Source: Macrostomum hystrix | Taxonomy: Eukaryota > Animalia > Platyhelminthes | Direction of reading: 5' to 3' | DNA: 64,000 nt | NCBI GenBank assembly: GCA_950097015.1 | Contig: CATNEN010000026.1 | Location: 1,488,001-1,552,000, forward strand | Shown: positions 49,031 to 61,654 of the stretch, piece by piece | Layout: every line of letters begins with the position of its first letter | How positions within the stretch are numbered: the stretch's first letter is position 1 | Notes under the pieces: model-generated | The model's database searches: none | Told to the model about the DNA's origin: nothing | Seen by the model: only the letters and a program-made list of their open reading frames with translations | Program-made: the position numbers and the translations under genes

Positions 49031-49339
49031 ATCTGAATTTATGAACTTCTTTTTATGTAGTTAAAAGGTGGTTAACTTTTAAAATATTCGCCCTAGTCAT
49101 AATCTTTGCTGGCAAAGACTGCATGGCACAAATGGTGCATTGTGTTAGAAGTGAAAGCAAAATATACTCCAAATGCTTTTAGTGTTTCACTGTGATTTTT
49201 AGTTCCAAATTTTTCCTACCCACGCTTTGAATGTTTCTTTAAATACTGGAAGATTGCTTGTAGCCAGGGAATTAATTAGCGAATTGTAAATTAATTTTAT
49301 TAAATAGGTTAGATAGTAAGTCTATGTTGGTTGAAAATC

Positions 49340-50105
49340 CCTATCTAACAGGTAGTAAATTCCTGTCTAACAGGTAGTAAATCCCTGTCTAACAGGTAGT
49401 AAATTCCTGTCTAACAGGTAGTAAATCCCTGTCTAACAGGTAGTAAATCCCTGTCTATCAGGTAGTAAATCCCTTTCTAACGAGTAGTAAATCCCTGTCT
49501 AACAGGTAGTAAATCCCTGTCTAACAGGTAGTAAATCCCTGTCTAACAGGTTGTAAATCACTGTCTAACAGGTAGTAAATCCCTGTCTAACAGGTTGCAA
49601 ATCCCTGTCTAACAGGTAGTAAATCCCTGTCTAACAGATGGTAAATCCCTGTCTAACAGGTAGTAAATCCCTGTCTAACAGATGGTAAATCCCTGTCTAA
49701 CAGGTAGTAAATCCCTGTCTAACAGGTTGCAAATCCCTGTCTAACAGGTAGTAAATCCCTGTCTAACAGGTTGCAAATCACTGTCTAACAGGTAGTAAAT
49801 CCCTGTCTATCAGGTAGTAAATCCCTGTTTAACAGGTTGCAAATCCCTGTCTAACAGGTAGTAAATCCCTGTCTAACAGGTAGTAAATCCCTGTCTAACA
49901 GGTAGTAAATCCCTGTCTAACAGGTTGCAAATCCCTGTCTAACAGGTTGCAAATCACTGTCTAACAGGTTGCAAATCACTGTCTAACAGGTAGTAAATCC
50001 CTGTCTAACAGGTTGCAAATCCCTGTCTAACAGGTTGCAAATCACTGTCTAACAGGTTGCAAATCACTGTCTAACAGGTAGTAAATCCCCGCCTAATAGG
50101 TAGGA
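49340..50105. repeat. 22-bp minisatellite (CTAACAGGTAGTAAATCCCTGT)n
   Basis: Direct reading; FARP intron 7. Confidence 0.96.
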
Positions 50106-50607
50106 GTCCCTGTCTCACACTTTGTTCAGGCTAATAAATAGCCTGTTGTACTCCAAGGTTCCATTTTAGAAAAAATATCTTGATGTTAGTTGTTACTAAC
50201 TTGTCTAAAGTCAGTTAGCAGGGATAATTATTAGTTAATAAATGTTGAAAATGCCTTCAAATGCAAGAAAGCTCTGTCAATGTTTTCTTGACAAAAAAAC
50301 TCTTATAATTACAAGTTAAATGTTAAAATTGTATTTGCCTATCAAAAAAGAAACATGTTATAAATAAATTTATAAATTTTGCGTACTTCTAAGACGCACA
50401 CTTTTTTAAAATATAAATTGCTATTGATTCACATGAAATCTATTGAAATGTCCATTTTTCGATAAATACTTTTGTACTACTAAATAGTAGCATAGCACAC
50501 CATTATTGTTATCGGACTAAGAACATTAATTTTCATATTTTTTATTTCTTTTGCAAGGCACAATTTAGCACACAATAAAGGCGCTCTAAAGGAGTTTTTT
50601 TAATAAG

Positions 50608-52240
50608 CTCTCACCCACCCCAACAGTCCCAATGTACACTAACCCCACCCCAGCTCTCACCCACCCCAACAGTCCCAATGTACACTAACCCTACCCCAGC
50701 TCTCACCCACCCCAACAGTCCCAATGTACACTAACCCTACCCCAGCTCTCACCCACCCCAACAGTCCCAATGTACACTAACCCTACCCCAGCTCTCACCC
50801 ACCCCAACAGTCCCAATGTACACTAACCCTACCCCAGCTCTCACCCACCCCAACAGTCCCAATGTACACTAACCCTACCCCAGCTCTCACCCACCCCAAC
50901 AGTCCCAATGTACCCTAACCCCACCCCAGCTCTCACCCACCCCAACAGTCCGAATGTACCCTAACCCCACCCCAGCTCTCACCCACCCCAACAGTCCGAA
51001 TGTACACTAACCCCACCCCAGCTCTCACCCACCCCAACAGTCCCAATGTACACTAACCCCACCCCAGCTCTCACCCACCCCAACAGTCCGAATGTACACT
51101 AACCCCACCCCAGCTCTCACCCACCCCAACAGTCCCAATGTACACTAACCCCACCCCAGCTCTCACCCACCCCAACAGTCCCAATGTACCCTAACCCCAC
51201 CCCAGCTCTCACCCACCCCAACAGTCCCAATGTACACTAACCCCACCCCAGCTCTCACCCACCCCAACAGTCCCAATGTACACTAACCCTACCCCAGCTC
51301 TCACCCACCCCAACAGTCCCAATGTACACTAACCCTACCCCAGCTCTCACCCACCCCAACAGTCCCAATGTACACTAACCCTACCCCAGCTCTCACCCAC
51401 CCCAACAGTCCCAATGTACCCTAACCCCACCCCAGCTCTCACCCACCCCAACAGTCCGAATGTACCCTAACCCCACCCCAGCTCTCACCCACCCCAACAG
51501 TCCGAATGTACACTAACCCCACCCCAGCTCTCACCCACCCCAACAGTCCCAATGTACACTAACCCCACCCCAGCTCTCACCCACCCCAACAGTCCGAATG
51601 TACACTAACCCCACCCCAGCTCTCACCCACCCCAACAGTCCCAATGTACACTAACCCCACCCCAGCTCTCACCCACCCCAACAGTCCCAATGTACCCTAA
51701 CCCCACCCCAGCTCTCACCCACCCCAACAGTCCCAATGTACACTAACCCCACCCCAGCTCTCACCCACCCCAACAGTCCCAATGTACCCTAACCCCACCC
51801 CAGCTCTCACCCACCCCAACAGTCCCAATGTACACTAACCCCACCCCAGCTCTCACCCACCCCAACAGTCCGAATGTACCCTAACCCCACCCCAGCTCTC
51901 ACCCACCCCAACAGTCCGAATGTACCCTAACCCCACCCCAGCTCTCACCCACCCCAACAGTCCGAATGTTCACTAACCCTCCCCAGCTCTCACCCACCCC
52001 AACAGTCCGAATGTACACTAACCCCACCCCAGCTCTCACCCACCCCAACAGTCCGAATGTACACTAACCCCACCCCAGCTCTCACCCACCCCAACAGTCC
52101 GAATGTACCCTAACCCCACCCCAGCTCTCACCCACCCCAACAGTCCGAATGTACACTAATCCCACCCCAGCTCTCACCCACCCCAACAGTCCGAATGTAC
52201 CCTAACCCCACCCAGCTATCACCCGACCCATCCACACCGA
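50608..52240. repeat. 46-bp minisatellite (CTCTCACCCACCCCAACAGTCCCAATGTACACTAACCCCACCCCAG)n
   Basis: Direct reading; FARP intron 7. Confidence 0.97.
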
Positions 52241-52555
52241 TGTACACTCAGCGTGCTCCAGCCCTAAATGATTGGGGTGGTTTTATATAATTTTAACTTG
52301 TTGAAGCCAACAGAAGCTTGTTTGAATTAAGGTAACGACAAAGAAAAAAACTATTAGGATATGTAGCCAAATTTCATACTGATAATGCACCTAAAACACA
52401 CGCGCTTGCCGCTGATACCTAAAAATGAAAATGAAAATTTTCAATCATTTTTAACTAAGTTAAACACAACTTGCGCTTTTTATGCTACGAGAACTTGATT
52501 TTTGTTGCTTTATATCTAAGATCCCACCTGACCTTGTTTGTTACCTTTCTGACAG

Positions 52556-52716
52556 AATTACTACAAAGACATCGTTGAATTCTACTTCGACTCGCGCGAC
52601 GAATGCAAGCACTTTTGGAAGAAGTGCATCGAGCATCACACGTTCTTCCGCTGTCAGGGTGTTAAACAAAGCGGCAAGTCCAAGTCTAAAGTCGTTTCCA
52701 AGGGCTCTTCGTTCAG
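52556..52716 (+). CDS. FARP: FARP exon 8 (NYYKDIVEFYFDSRDECKHFWKKCIEHHTFFR...SKGSSFR)
   Basis: CTGACAG| and AG|GTGGGA, phase 0/2; FWK.C.EHH.FFR end of FERM-C and GSSFR start of FA. Confidence 0.96.
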
Positions 52717-52781
52717 GTGGGACTCTAGCAAACTAATGCTTCCATTAGCAGATTTAAAAGCAACCCAATTTTTCATCGCAG

Positions 52782-52856
52782 GTATTGCGGTCGCACACAA
52801 AAGCAGCTGATTGAGTTTGTTCGCGAGAATTACGTTAAGAGGCCGCATTTTGACAG
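52782..52856 (+). CDS. FARP: FARP exon 9, FERM-adjacent domain (YCGRTQKQLIEFVRENYVKRPHFDR)
   Basis: ATCGCAG| and AG|GTACCA, phase 2/2; matches FARP1 FSGRTQKQV...FER. Confidence 0.94.
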
Positions 52857-52934
52857 GTACCAACATATTTTGAAAGCATGTTATTCGACAATAATTAGTA
52901 AAGTACAATAAACCGTACTTAAGTGCAGAAAACC

Positions 52935-53815
52935 TCAATGGGCACAGTCTGACCAAACCCTCTCCAACCCCAGCCTCCCAATGTACACTCAGTCTGACCA
53001 AACCCTCTCCAACCCCAGCCTCCCAATGTACACTCAGTCTGACCAAACCCTCTCCAACCCCAGCCTCCCAATGTACACTCAGTCTGGCCAAACCCTCTCC
53101 AACCCCAGCCTCCCAATGTACACTCAGTCTGACCAAACCCTCTCCAACCCCAGCCTCCCAATGTACACTCAGTCTGACCAAACCCTCTCCAACCCCAGCC
53201 TCCCAATGTACACTCAGTCTGGCCAAACCCTCTCCAACCCCAGCCTCCCAATGTACACTCAGTCTGACCAAACCCTCTCCAACCCCAGCCACCCCAATGT
53301 ACACTCAGTCTGGCCAAACCCTCTCCAACCCCAGCCTCCCCAATGTACACTCAGTCTGACCAAACCCTCTCCAACCCCAGCCACCCCAATGTACACTCAG
53401 TCTGGCCAAACCCTCTCCAACCCCAGCCTCCCAATGTACACTCAGTCTGACCAAACCCTCTCCAACCCCAGCCTCCCAATGTACACTCAGTCTGGCCAAA
53501 CCCTCTCCAACCCCAGCCTCCCAATGTACACTCAGTCTGACCAAACCCTCTCCAACCCCAGCCTCCCAATGTACACTCAGTCTGACCAAACCCTCTCCAA
53601 CCCCAGCCACCCCAATGTACACTCAGTCTGGCCAAACGCTCTCCAACCCCAGCCTCCCAATGTACACTCAGTCTGGCCAAACCCTCTCCAATCCCAGCCT
53701 CCCAATGTACACTCAGTCTGGCCAAACGCTCTCCAACCCCAGCTACCCCAATGTACACTTGTACACTCGGCCTGGCCAAACCCTCTCCAACCCCAGCCTC
53801 CCCAATGTACAGTCA
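52935..53815. repeat. 45-bp minisatellite (CCCAATGTACACTCAGTCTGACCAAACCCTCTCCAACCCCAGCCT)n
   Basis: Direct reading; FARP intron 9. Confidence 0.96.
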
Positions 53816-53845
53816 AATTACACTAATCACTACCCAACCATCCAG

Positions 53846-56800
53846 GAGTTCCGGCGGCGCCCGCTCTCTGCCAAGCCGGTCACCCGCAGCTCGTCGGGCG
53901 CCTCACCTTCAGAGCGGTGTCGGCGAAGGCGGCGGAGGAAGAGGTGGCGGCAGCGGCCATTGGCCTGGTCTGCACAACAGTAGCTCCGCCAGGTCGGCGA
54001 CGTCAACATCGTCGGCGGGGTCGCACATTCTGCTAGCCGGAGGCGGCCTTGGTGGCGGCACAGATTTTGACTATGGCCACCGGAGTCGAACCCTGCCAGC
54101 TGGACAGCATTATCATCATCATCAGCAGCAGCAGCAGCAGGGCTACCAGCAGCCTCAACAGTACCAGCAGCAGTATCAGCAGCAGCAGCAGCAGCAGCAG
54201 TATTATCAGCAGCAGCAGCAGCATGGGATGTCTGGAGCGGCGGAGTTTCCAGGAAACAACCACAGGGCGGTGTCGGTGTCGCCGCCTGGATTCCTCCGCG
54301 CACATCCGCAGCCTCTTTTGGTGCAGCCGGCAGGCGCCTCTTTTGTAGCAGCCCCGTCTAGTGCGCCCAAACTGCACAGCCGATCCCGCTCGCTGCCCGA
54401 CGATGAGTCGCCGCCGTCGCCACCGCCACCGCTTCCGCCGCCTCCGCTTACAATCTCGGCTACATCGCTGCAGTCGTCTCTATCGCCAACTCCTCCACCA
54501 CCGCTGCCGCCCCCGTTGTTACACGACGACGACATTGGCAACGAGATCGGCGAAGTCATACTCAACAACGGCGTCATCTTGACGGCGCCATTGACTCATC
54601 GGCATCAGCGGCATCATCAGCATCAAATGGATGATTCTACGGATGACGCTGTGGACGAGGACGCGGAAGTCACACCCGATGATGCTGAAGATATCGGCGC
54701 GGGACATCGGTACTATCCGGCCGTAGGCGTCGTCGGATCAAGCAGTGGCGGCCGCGGTTTCCGTCGCAGTGCAATCGACGATTTTGTCGCCCGTCGAGCT
54801 GTCTGCGTCGATTTAAACAGCTCGAGCGACTCCGAGTTGGCCGCCGCGGGCGCAGCCGTCGGCATCGCCGCAGCCGCCGTGTCGGTTTCGGCAACAACGG
54901 CAGTCTCGTCCACCATAGCCGGGGCGACTGGAGACGACGGCCTGATGGTCACCCTGGACAATCTGCCACCGTTGGACAACTTCTCCTATCGTGACGACAC
55001 TGTGGCCACTCCGCCAGTCACCGCAGTGGAGCGACTGGCGAACACCGAAGCGTACGTGAACTCGCACCGGGGCTATCGGTTCGCCTCGGATCTGTTGCTT
55101 TACTACGAGGACGGCGTGGTTGGTCCGCAACCGCCTCCTCCGCCGCCGCAGCCTTCGCAGCCGCCTCAGAAGCAGCCGATGCAGCAGCAGCCGCAACCAA
55201 ATTTGGGTGGCACAGCCTCAGATAGTCAGGACAGTCAGGATGAGTTGGCTGTCTATTTAGGCGGTATCGCCGGAACAGGAACAAAGTACTTCCAGCTGCA
55301 GCAGCAGCAGCAGCCACAGCAACACCAGCTGCGCAGGGGTCTCTCAGCAGCATCGACCAATTCAATTGATGAAGACGATGACGATGACGACGATAATTAC
55401 GGCAATCGGGGTGCCGACTACGGCGGAGACGAGCGAATGAGCAGGCCGCGTTCCGTCAGCCGGCTGGAAAGCGCCCTGGCCACGCCTAAGACTGGTTCGC
55501 CGACAGCTGACCTTGCGCTTGACGATGAGGACGACGATGAAGATGGCGAAGGTGAGGAGGACTATAACGACGACAACGATGATGATCAGTTCGCGTTAAA
55601 CGCTGACGCTGCGATGGAAGAAGCCGCTGCAGTTATGATGCGGCATCATCGGGTGCCTCGAGAGATCGCCGTTCAAGCCGACGATCATCTGGATATGGAC
55701 GATGACGAAGCCGAAGCCGCAATCGGGCACCAGACAGTCGACAGAGTCGACAGCGAAACTCAGACTCCCGGTGGTAATGTCGATGCTTCATCCACTGGTA
55801 GCGTAGGCGTCGATGTCGGCGTTGTCGGCGGCCCAGTATGGTCCGACACTGTCGGCGTTATGTCGGGCGCCGTTTTGGGTGTCAACGTCGGCGTCGGGCG
55901 CGGATTCGTCACGCTGAGCACCGTCAACGAAGAATCTGACGGCGGCTCTGCGGCCAGCTGTCGCAGCGGCTCAGTCGAACTCGGCGGCGTTGGCGTCAGC
56001 GGCGTCAGTGTTGGAGCTCTGGCCATCTCACTGCAGCAGGGCGAGTGCGTTCGCGTGGATCTCAGCAGTTCGAGCAGTTCCGACGGCGAAGGCGAAGGCG
56101 ACGCCGACAGAGACGTCTGCAGTGACGTTGAGTCGACCGGTCAGCGACCGCCGACGCCGCCACCGCCGCCAAGCAAGTCGCTGCACTCCCCAGACTCAGC
56201 AGCTTCCAATTCAATCACTGGCGGAGGCCGTCTAAGCTGCCGCCTGCGACTGTCCTCGGGCTCTTCGCCTTCGTCAACGTCATCATCTGTCCAGTCGGTG
56301 GCCTCTGACGACGACGCCTACGAGCAGCAGTTCGAGTCGCGCACTGAGCGGCTTCACGGCTCTGTGGTTGGCCCCGCGCCCACCGGCCCGCTGCCTCCGC
56401 CGCCGCCGCTGCTGCCTCCGCCATCGTCGCTTCTAGAGTCGTCTGAGCTGCCGCCACCTCCTCCACCGCCGCCTCCATTGCCAGCCGGCTTTTTCAGCCG
56501 GTCCTCAGCGGCGCCAACCCTCGACGCGCTGCTAGAAGAGGCCGAAGCCTCCGCAGCCGCCTCCGTGACCGCCTCGCCGGTGCCGCTGTCCCCGGCTCGG
56601 CAGCAGCTGAACTCCGGCGTTGTCTACGAAGAAGTTGTCCAACGCCGAGCCAAGCCCGGCGACCCGGCCGCGCCGCAGCGTCGCTCCGGGCCTCCGATTC
56701 CGCCGAGAACAACCAGCATCTCCAGCTGGTCCCCTGTCATTGCTGCGCATCCGCAATTTGGCGATCAGCAACAGCAGCAGCAGCAGCCCGCTGATCTGGC

Positions 56801-56933
56801 TGCTCATCAGCAGCTGCCGCCGCCACCGCCCGAGCTGCTCCACCTGCACCTGCTGGAGCACCAGGCCAGCAACTACACGAGGCGGCAGAATTTCTTCGCT
56901 AATCCTTACGCTGCCACGGCTGAGACCCCTTGA
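53846..56933 (+). CDS. FARP: 3.1-kb terminal exon 10: ~1030-aa disordered tail (poly-Q, poly-P, Asp/Glu and Ser runs); spliced product is 1376 aa
   Basis: CATCCAG| phase-2 acceptor in frame with exon 9; open to TGA at 56933. Summed exons = 4131 nt, an exact multiple of 3. AATAAA at 58016. Confidence 0.85.
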
Positions 56934-57289
56934 GCACAGATTCGGTTGCTAGGGCCGACTGTCTGATTCCTTTAGTGCCATTCTGTACTCAGTTCTCAAG
57001 CTATCATCCTGCCTCCCATTCTGCTAACTGTTCATAAATTCCAGTACATCTGGCTTTCTCCATCGCGTATTGAAAATGTGCATTTTTAAGCGATCAAGTC
57101 CGACAGTTTTCTCCCCTCCCATTGGTCCGTTAGAACAGCATGTACTTCTGGAATCTTCCAAACCTCAGAGTTTCAGCGCTTCGCAACGAAATTTTGTACA
57201 AGTGTTGCTGTACCTTATATAAGCCAGACACCTACCTGTACACCCACAAATTAACAACCTATACACCCACTCCGTCCCTATTTTCCCCA

Positions 57290-57730
57290 CCTACACACCC
57301 TCCCCATTCCCACCTAGACACCCACCCCATACCCACCTTGACATCCACCCCATTCCGACCTAGACACCCACCCCATTCCCACCTAGACACCCACCCCATA
57401 CCCACCTTGACACCCACCCCATACCCACCTTGACACCCACCCCATTCCCACCTAGACACCCACCCCATTCCCACCTTGACACCCACCCCATTCCCACCTA
57501 AACACCCACCCCATTCCCACCTAAACACCCACCCCATTCCCACCTAGACACCCACCCCATACCCACCTTGACACCCACCCCATTCCCACCTAGACACCCA
57601 CCCCATTCCCACCTTGACACCCACCCCATTCCCACCTTGACACCCACCCCATTCCCACCTTGACACCCACCCCATCCCCACCTTGACACCCACTCCATAC
57701 CCACCTAGACACCCACCCCATACCCACCTC
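57290..57730. repeat. 23-bp C-rich minisatellite (CACCCACCCCATTCCCACCTAGA)n
   Basis: Direct reading; probably within the 3' UTR of the FERM isoform. Confidence 0.94.
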
Positions 57731-58524
57731 GTTTTGCTATTTGCAGCAGTGTTTAGTAAATTGGTATACTAGCATTCATGCTATTCAAACGCGTGTTCTT
57801 GAGGCACTGGAGTCAGAGTCTAGTATCTAGAAATGCAATTTTATCAGAGTAAAAAAATATATTTGCGTTGGTTTTTTCGCAATCTCCACATTTTTCTTTA
57901 GTACCTTCTGCTGCTATCTCTATTTATATACAATTTTGTATATGTACTTCTGTGTTAATCCTTTTTTCTTTCGCGTTGTTCAATTTTAAATCACCTCAGA
58001 AATATTTGACTTTTAAATAAATTTGTTTAGACATTTTGTGTGTCTTACTACTGAACAACTAACCCAAAAGTAGCATATTGCGCGTTGCATTTTTTAGCAG
58101 TCGCGTATTTTTTACCCAAATTTTCTGTGCAACCTCTTTTCAAACCAACGTTGATTTTGAAAATTACTTTGATAGTGATTACTGATTGCAATCAATAATT
58201 GCTTATTTTATTGTGCGGAAACTATTGTGTTGTTAACCTACTTGTTCTATCTTGTTTTGGTATTCTAGTCAAGTTAGCACTGAGTTTTTGTTCCATTGTT
58301 TTCTTTTACCCTTGTCTAATTTACTTTGACGTTTTTGTGAAACCGATAATTAAATGTAAAATGCGTGTCGCTTATTTGACAGCTTGAACTGGCGATACGC
58401 TGTGAAGCGGATACTTCTGTTTTATGGAATGTGCAAATTATAACTGTTAGCTGTTCGGTCTCTTACCTCAGTCGTTTAATCTTTACGAAACTGTACTCGG
58501 ACACAGATGTGTATTAGAATAAAA

Positions 58525-59165
58525 ACATACTCACAGGTATGTACTCTGATTAGAACATACTCACAGGTATGTACTCTGATTTGAACATACTCACAGGTAT
58601 GTACTCTGATTAGAACATACTCACAGGTATGTACTCTGATTTGAACATACTCACAGGTATGTACTCTGATTTGAACATACTCACAGGTATGTACTCTGAT
58701 TTGAACATACTCACAGGTTTTTGTACTCTGATTTGAACATACTCACAGGTATGTACTCTGATTTGAACATACTCACAGGTTTGTACTCTGATTTGAACAT
58801 ACTCACAGGTATGTACTCTGATTTGAACATACTCACAGGTATGTACTCTGATTTGAACATACTCACATGTATGTACTCTGATTTGAACATACTCACAGGT
58901 ATGTACTATGATTTGAACATACTGACAGGTTTGTACTCTGATTTGAACATACTCACAGGTTTGTGCTCTGATTTGAACATACAGGTTTGTGCTCTGATTT
59001 GAACATACTCACAGGTATGTACTCTGATTTGAACATACTCACAGGTTTGTACTCTGATTTGAACATACTCACAGGTTTGTACTCTGATTTGAACATACAG
59101 GTTTGTGCTCTGATTTGAACATACTCACAAGTATGAACTCTGATTAGAACATACTCACAGGTGCT
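58525..59165. repeat. 30-bp minisatellite (ACATACTCACAGGTATGTACTCTGATTTGA)n
   Basis: Direct reading. Confidence 0.95.
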
Positions 59166-59877
59166 TTTACTAAAACAGGTATTTCTCAATTTGTTTCTTA
59201 TTAAGCCTTCTGAATCATGCACACCTTTATTACAGTAGAAATACAAAAGGGGTGTGGAAATTACCCACCCCCTGACAGTTATTCGTGCTGCACCCGAACG
59301 GAGCAATACAAGCACACGAAACTCAAGCCAACTTTTTGTTGCGCATCTTCTGAAACAAGAAACAAGTCGCCAGCCCTTCAGACCGTCGAGATATTCAATG
59401 GTTCTGGCCGAAGGTCTGATTATTCGAATAAACGCTAGTGGATGTCATTCACCCCTATACACGAATTTGCACTGCGCCTCAGTGCGGCCTTGCCAGGCCT
59501 TCAAACTTTATCAGCCTGTCACCCGAATGTGCCTGCATCATCTCCGACTTCGGTGGTCACCTACCTTTATCTAGACAGATTTGCTAGACCTTCAAGGGCT
59601 ACAACAGGTGGAAATAGGCCACTATGGACACCCTGACGCGAATTTCTCCAATTTCACTGATCAAGCCAAAATATTAGGCGTAGCTCAACCACAGTACACC
59701 ATCGCCTAGTCTGTCAACCAGTCACCAACCAACGCTTTTAGCATTCGGGCGCTGCCAAGAGAAATTTAGTGGGGGGGAGATAGTATAAAAACGGGCGGCA
59801 AAATGGCTTGGTAGTCCTACTGTTTAGGACAGTTTTTCTTAGTAAGATTATTCTGACTGATCCACCGGCACTCAGTC

Positions 59878-60301
59878 TCAGTAGACCTTGACAAACTTAT
59901 CCCAGGCGCCGCTCTTCTCGATGGCGTCGCCGACGCTGGCATCGGCGAAGTCCAGCATGCGGCAGCGAGCCTCGGCCCGGTTGAACAGAGCCGCCCGGCA
60001 CTCCCAGCGGGCAGCGCACAGGCGAACGCAGAGCAGCCTTCGATGCACCGACTGCAGCTCCGTGTAGCAGTAGTAGGGCGTGATGTCGCCTAGCTGCAGG
60101 AAGCTGGCTCGACGGAAGCTGCCGCTGTTCGGCGTGGCCACGGGCTGGCAGACGAAGCCGCACCTTCTGATTGAGCGATAGTCGGTGAGAATCCCATTTG
60201 TCAGGACCAGCATGTCATCCGAGCTGTCACTATTACTCGGCGATTTATTGGCACAATCTTCAGCTTTGAAGTCGCTTCCGTTAGCCATGCGCCAGCCGAT
60301 T
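59878..60301 (-). CDS. C-type lectin + PAN/apple-like protein, exon 2
   Basis: Acceptor CCACAG| phase 2 gives SR-IGWRMANGS; CTL end (D.....CGFVCQ), then PAN-like CVRLCAARWECRAALFNRAEARCRM; stop at 59878. Confidence 0.85.
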
Positions 60302-60344
60302 CTGTGGAGTCATGCGGCTGATGCTTGGCTGGGATAATAACAGG

Positions 60345-60516
60345 GCCAAACCCACCCTTAATTACCCAACTAATGCTGCGCCGATTTAACAGCTGGATGA
60401 ACAGTGCAGTGTTAAGTGAATTGCTGAAGGACACAAATTGTTCCAGTGGAGTCGGGAATCGAACTCCTGACCTTTAAGTCTAGAGTCCGACGCTCTAACC
60501 ACTAGGCCACAGCCCC
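60345..60516 (-). mobile_element. tRNA-derived SINE, copy 2, in the lectin intron
   Basis: GGGGCTGTGGCCTAGTGGTTAGAGCGTCGGA...GGAGTTCGATTCCCGACTCCA (A/B boxes) plus body shared with copy 1. Confidence 0.8.
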
Positions 60517-60940
60517 CTGAGAGAAAATGGGTCAGAAAAAGTTTTTTAAAGCGGAAAAAATTTTCCGCCCTTAACTATGAACTAACTTTCAAGGCCGTCC
60601 GACGTCGGCATCCGCATCAGCATATTCAGCGGTTCTTGTCAAAGGCCCTGGTGACAAGGACAATTGACATTGCTCTGCATATGTTATGATGAAACTTTGT
60701 GAGCAGAACTATTACGCCTATAGTTGTGGTTATTGCCACCAGACACCCCGACGAGAGTCTTTGAATATCTCGACGATTTGGTGATTCTGGAAGCTGAAAA
60801 TTTGAGCCCATTTTCTAGGTTTTCATGGCGATCCGTCGAATATTTTGGGAGATACAGAAAATAGAAATTTTGAAATACACCCGTTGTCTTTCTACTGATA
60901 AGCAGCTGCTGAAGCTGTTTCGTCAATTAGTTCAATAAAC

Positions 60941-61236
60941 CTGCTGGTTTGCCGCTCCGCCAGCATGTCCGTGATGCCAACCCACAGGTCCGCGGTGCTT
61001 ATTGAAAAGGCTGCAGCAGCCCGAATGGCTGCCGGCTCCATCACCAGCTCGCCCTGCACCTCCTGGCACAGACTGGCTGCCTGGCACCAGCTGACGGAGG
61101 CAGCGGTGTTGACGAGCAGGCAGAAGCCGGAGATGGACTGGAAGGGCGGCTGGCAGGACTGCAGGCTGTGCGGACAGGCGAGGAGGCTCAGCACCACGAG
61201 GATTATTGCGATCGCTGATACAGACTGCTGCGTCAT
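60941..61236 (-). CDS. C-type lectin + PAN/apple-like protein, exon 1 with signal peptide
   Basis: MTQQSVSAIAIILVVLSLLA signal; C.PPF...GFCL, W.QA..LC...QGEL, LWVGITD CTL motifs; donor AG|GTTTAT at 60940. The two exons total 720 nt (239 aa). Confidence 0.88.
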
Positions 61237-61654
61237 GTTAGCTTCTGCAGCGCTCTAGCCAAATGAGCCCTGATCAGCTTTTATAAACTATTTGCTGAGT
61301 CCCTGTCGCAACTGAAGGTGTCAGTAACGCCAGTGCTTTTTATATTACTTTCGTTTTCTCATTTGACTGCAACCGATGCTTATCCTGCTTCGTTGGGTCT
61401 GGCTTAGCCAAATTGAAGCGGAACAAATGGAACGCCCCATAAGTTAACTGAATGAGTCACGCTATTTTAACCACTGGGGGAAGTAACAGTCGATTACGTA
61501 CGAGCTACGAGTGGGTTTGATTGACAGATGAGAGGCGGGTGAGCAGGTTAAGTAGAAAGTAGAGAAGCCAGGAATTAAGCGACTTTTGAAAATATATACC
61601 TGACTTGCTTCAACTATCCAAATTTGGGCTTTCTCGCGCTTAACTTTGCCTAGC

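Noticed and set aside
47320-52240. Interstitial telomeric repeats (CCCTAA / GGTTAGG words in several arrays)
   Set aside because: Isolated hexamers inside longer units, never tandem (TTAGGG)n.
54033-56952. Many overlapping alternative-frame and antisense ORFs within exon 10
   Set aside because: Expected shadows of a GC-rich, low-complexity coding exon.
58953-59640. Short ORFs between the 30-bp array and the lectin gene
   Set aside because: No recognisable domains; conflicting frames and strands.
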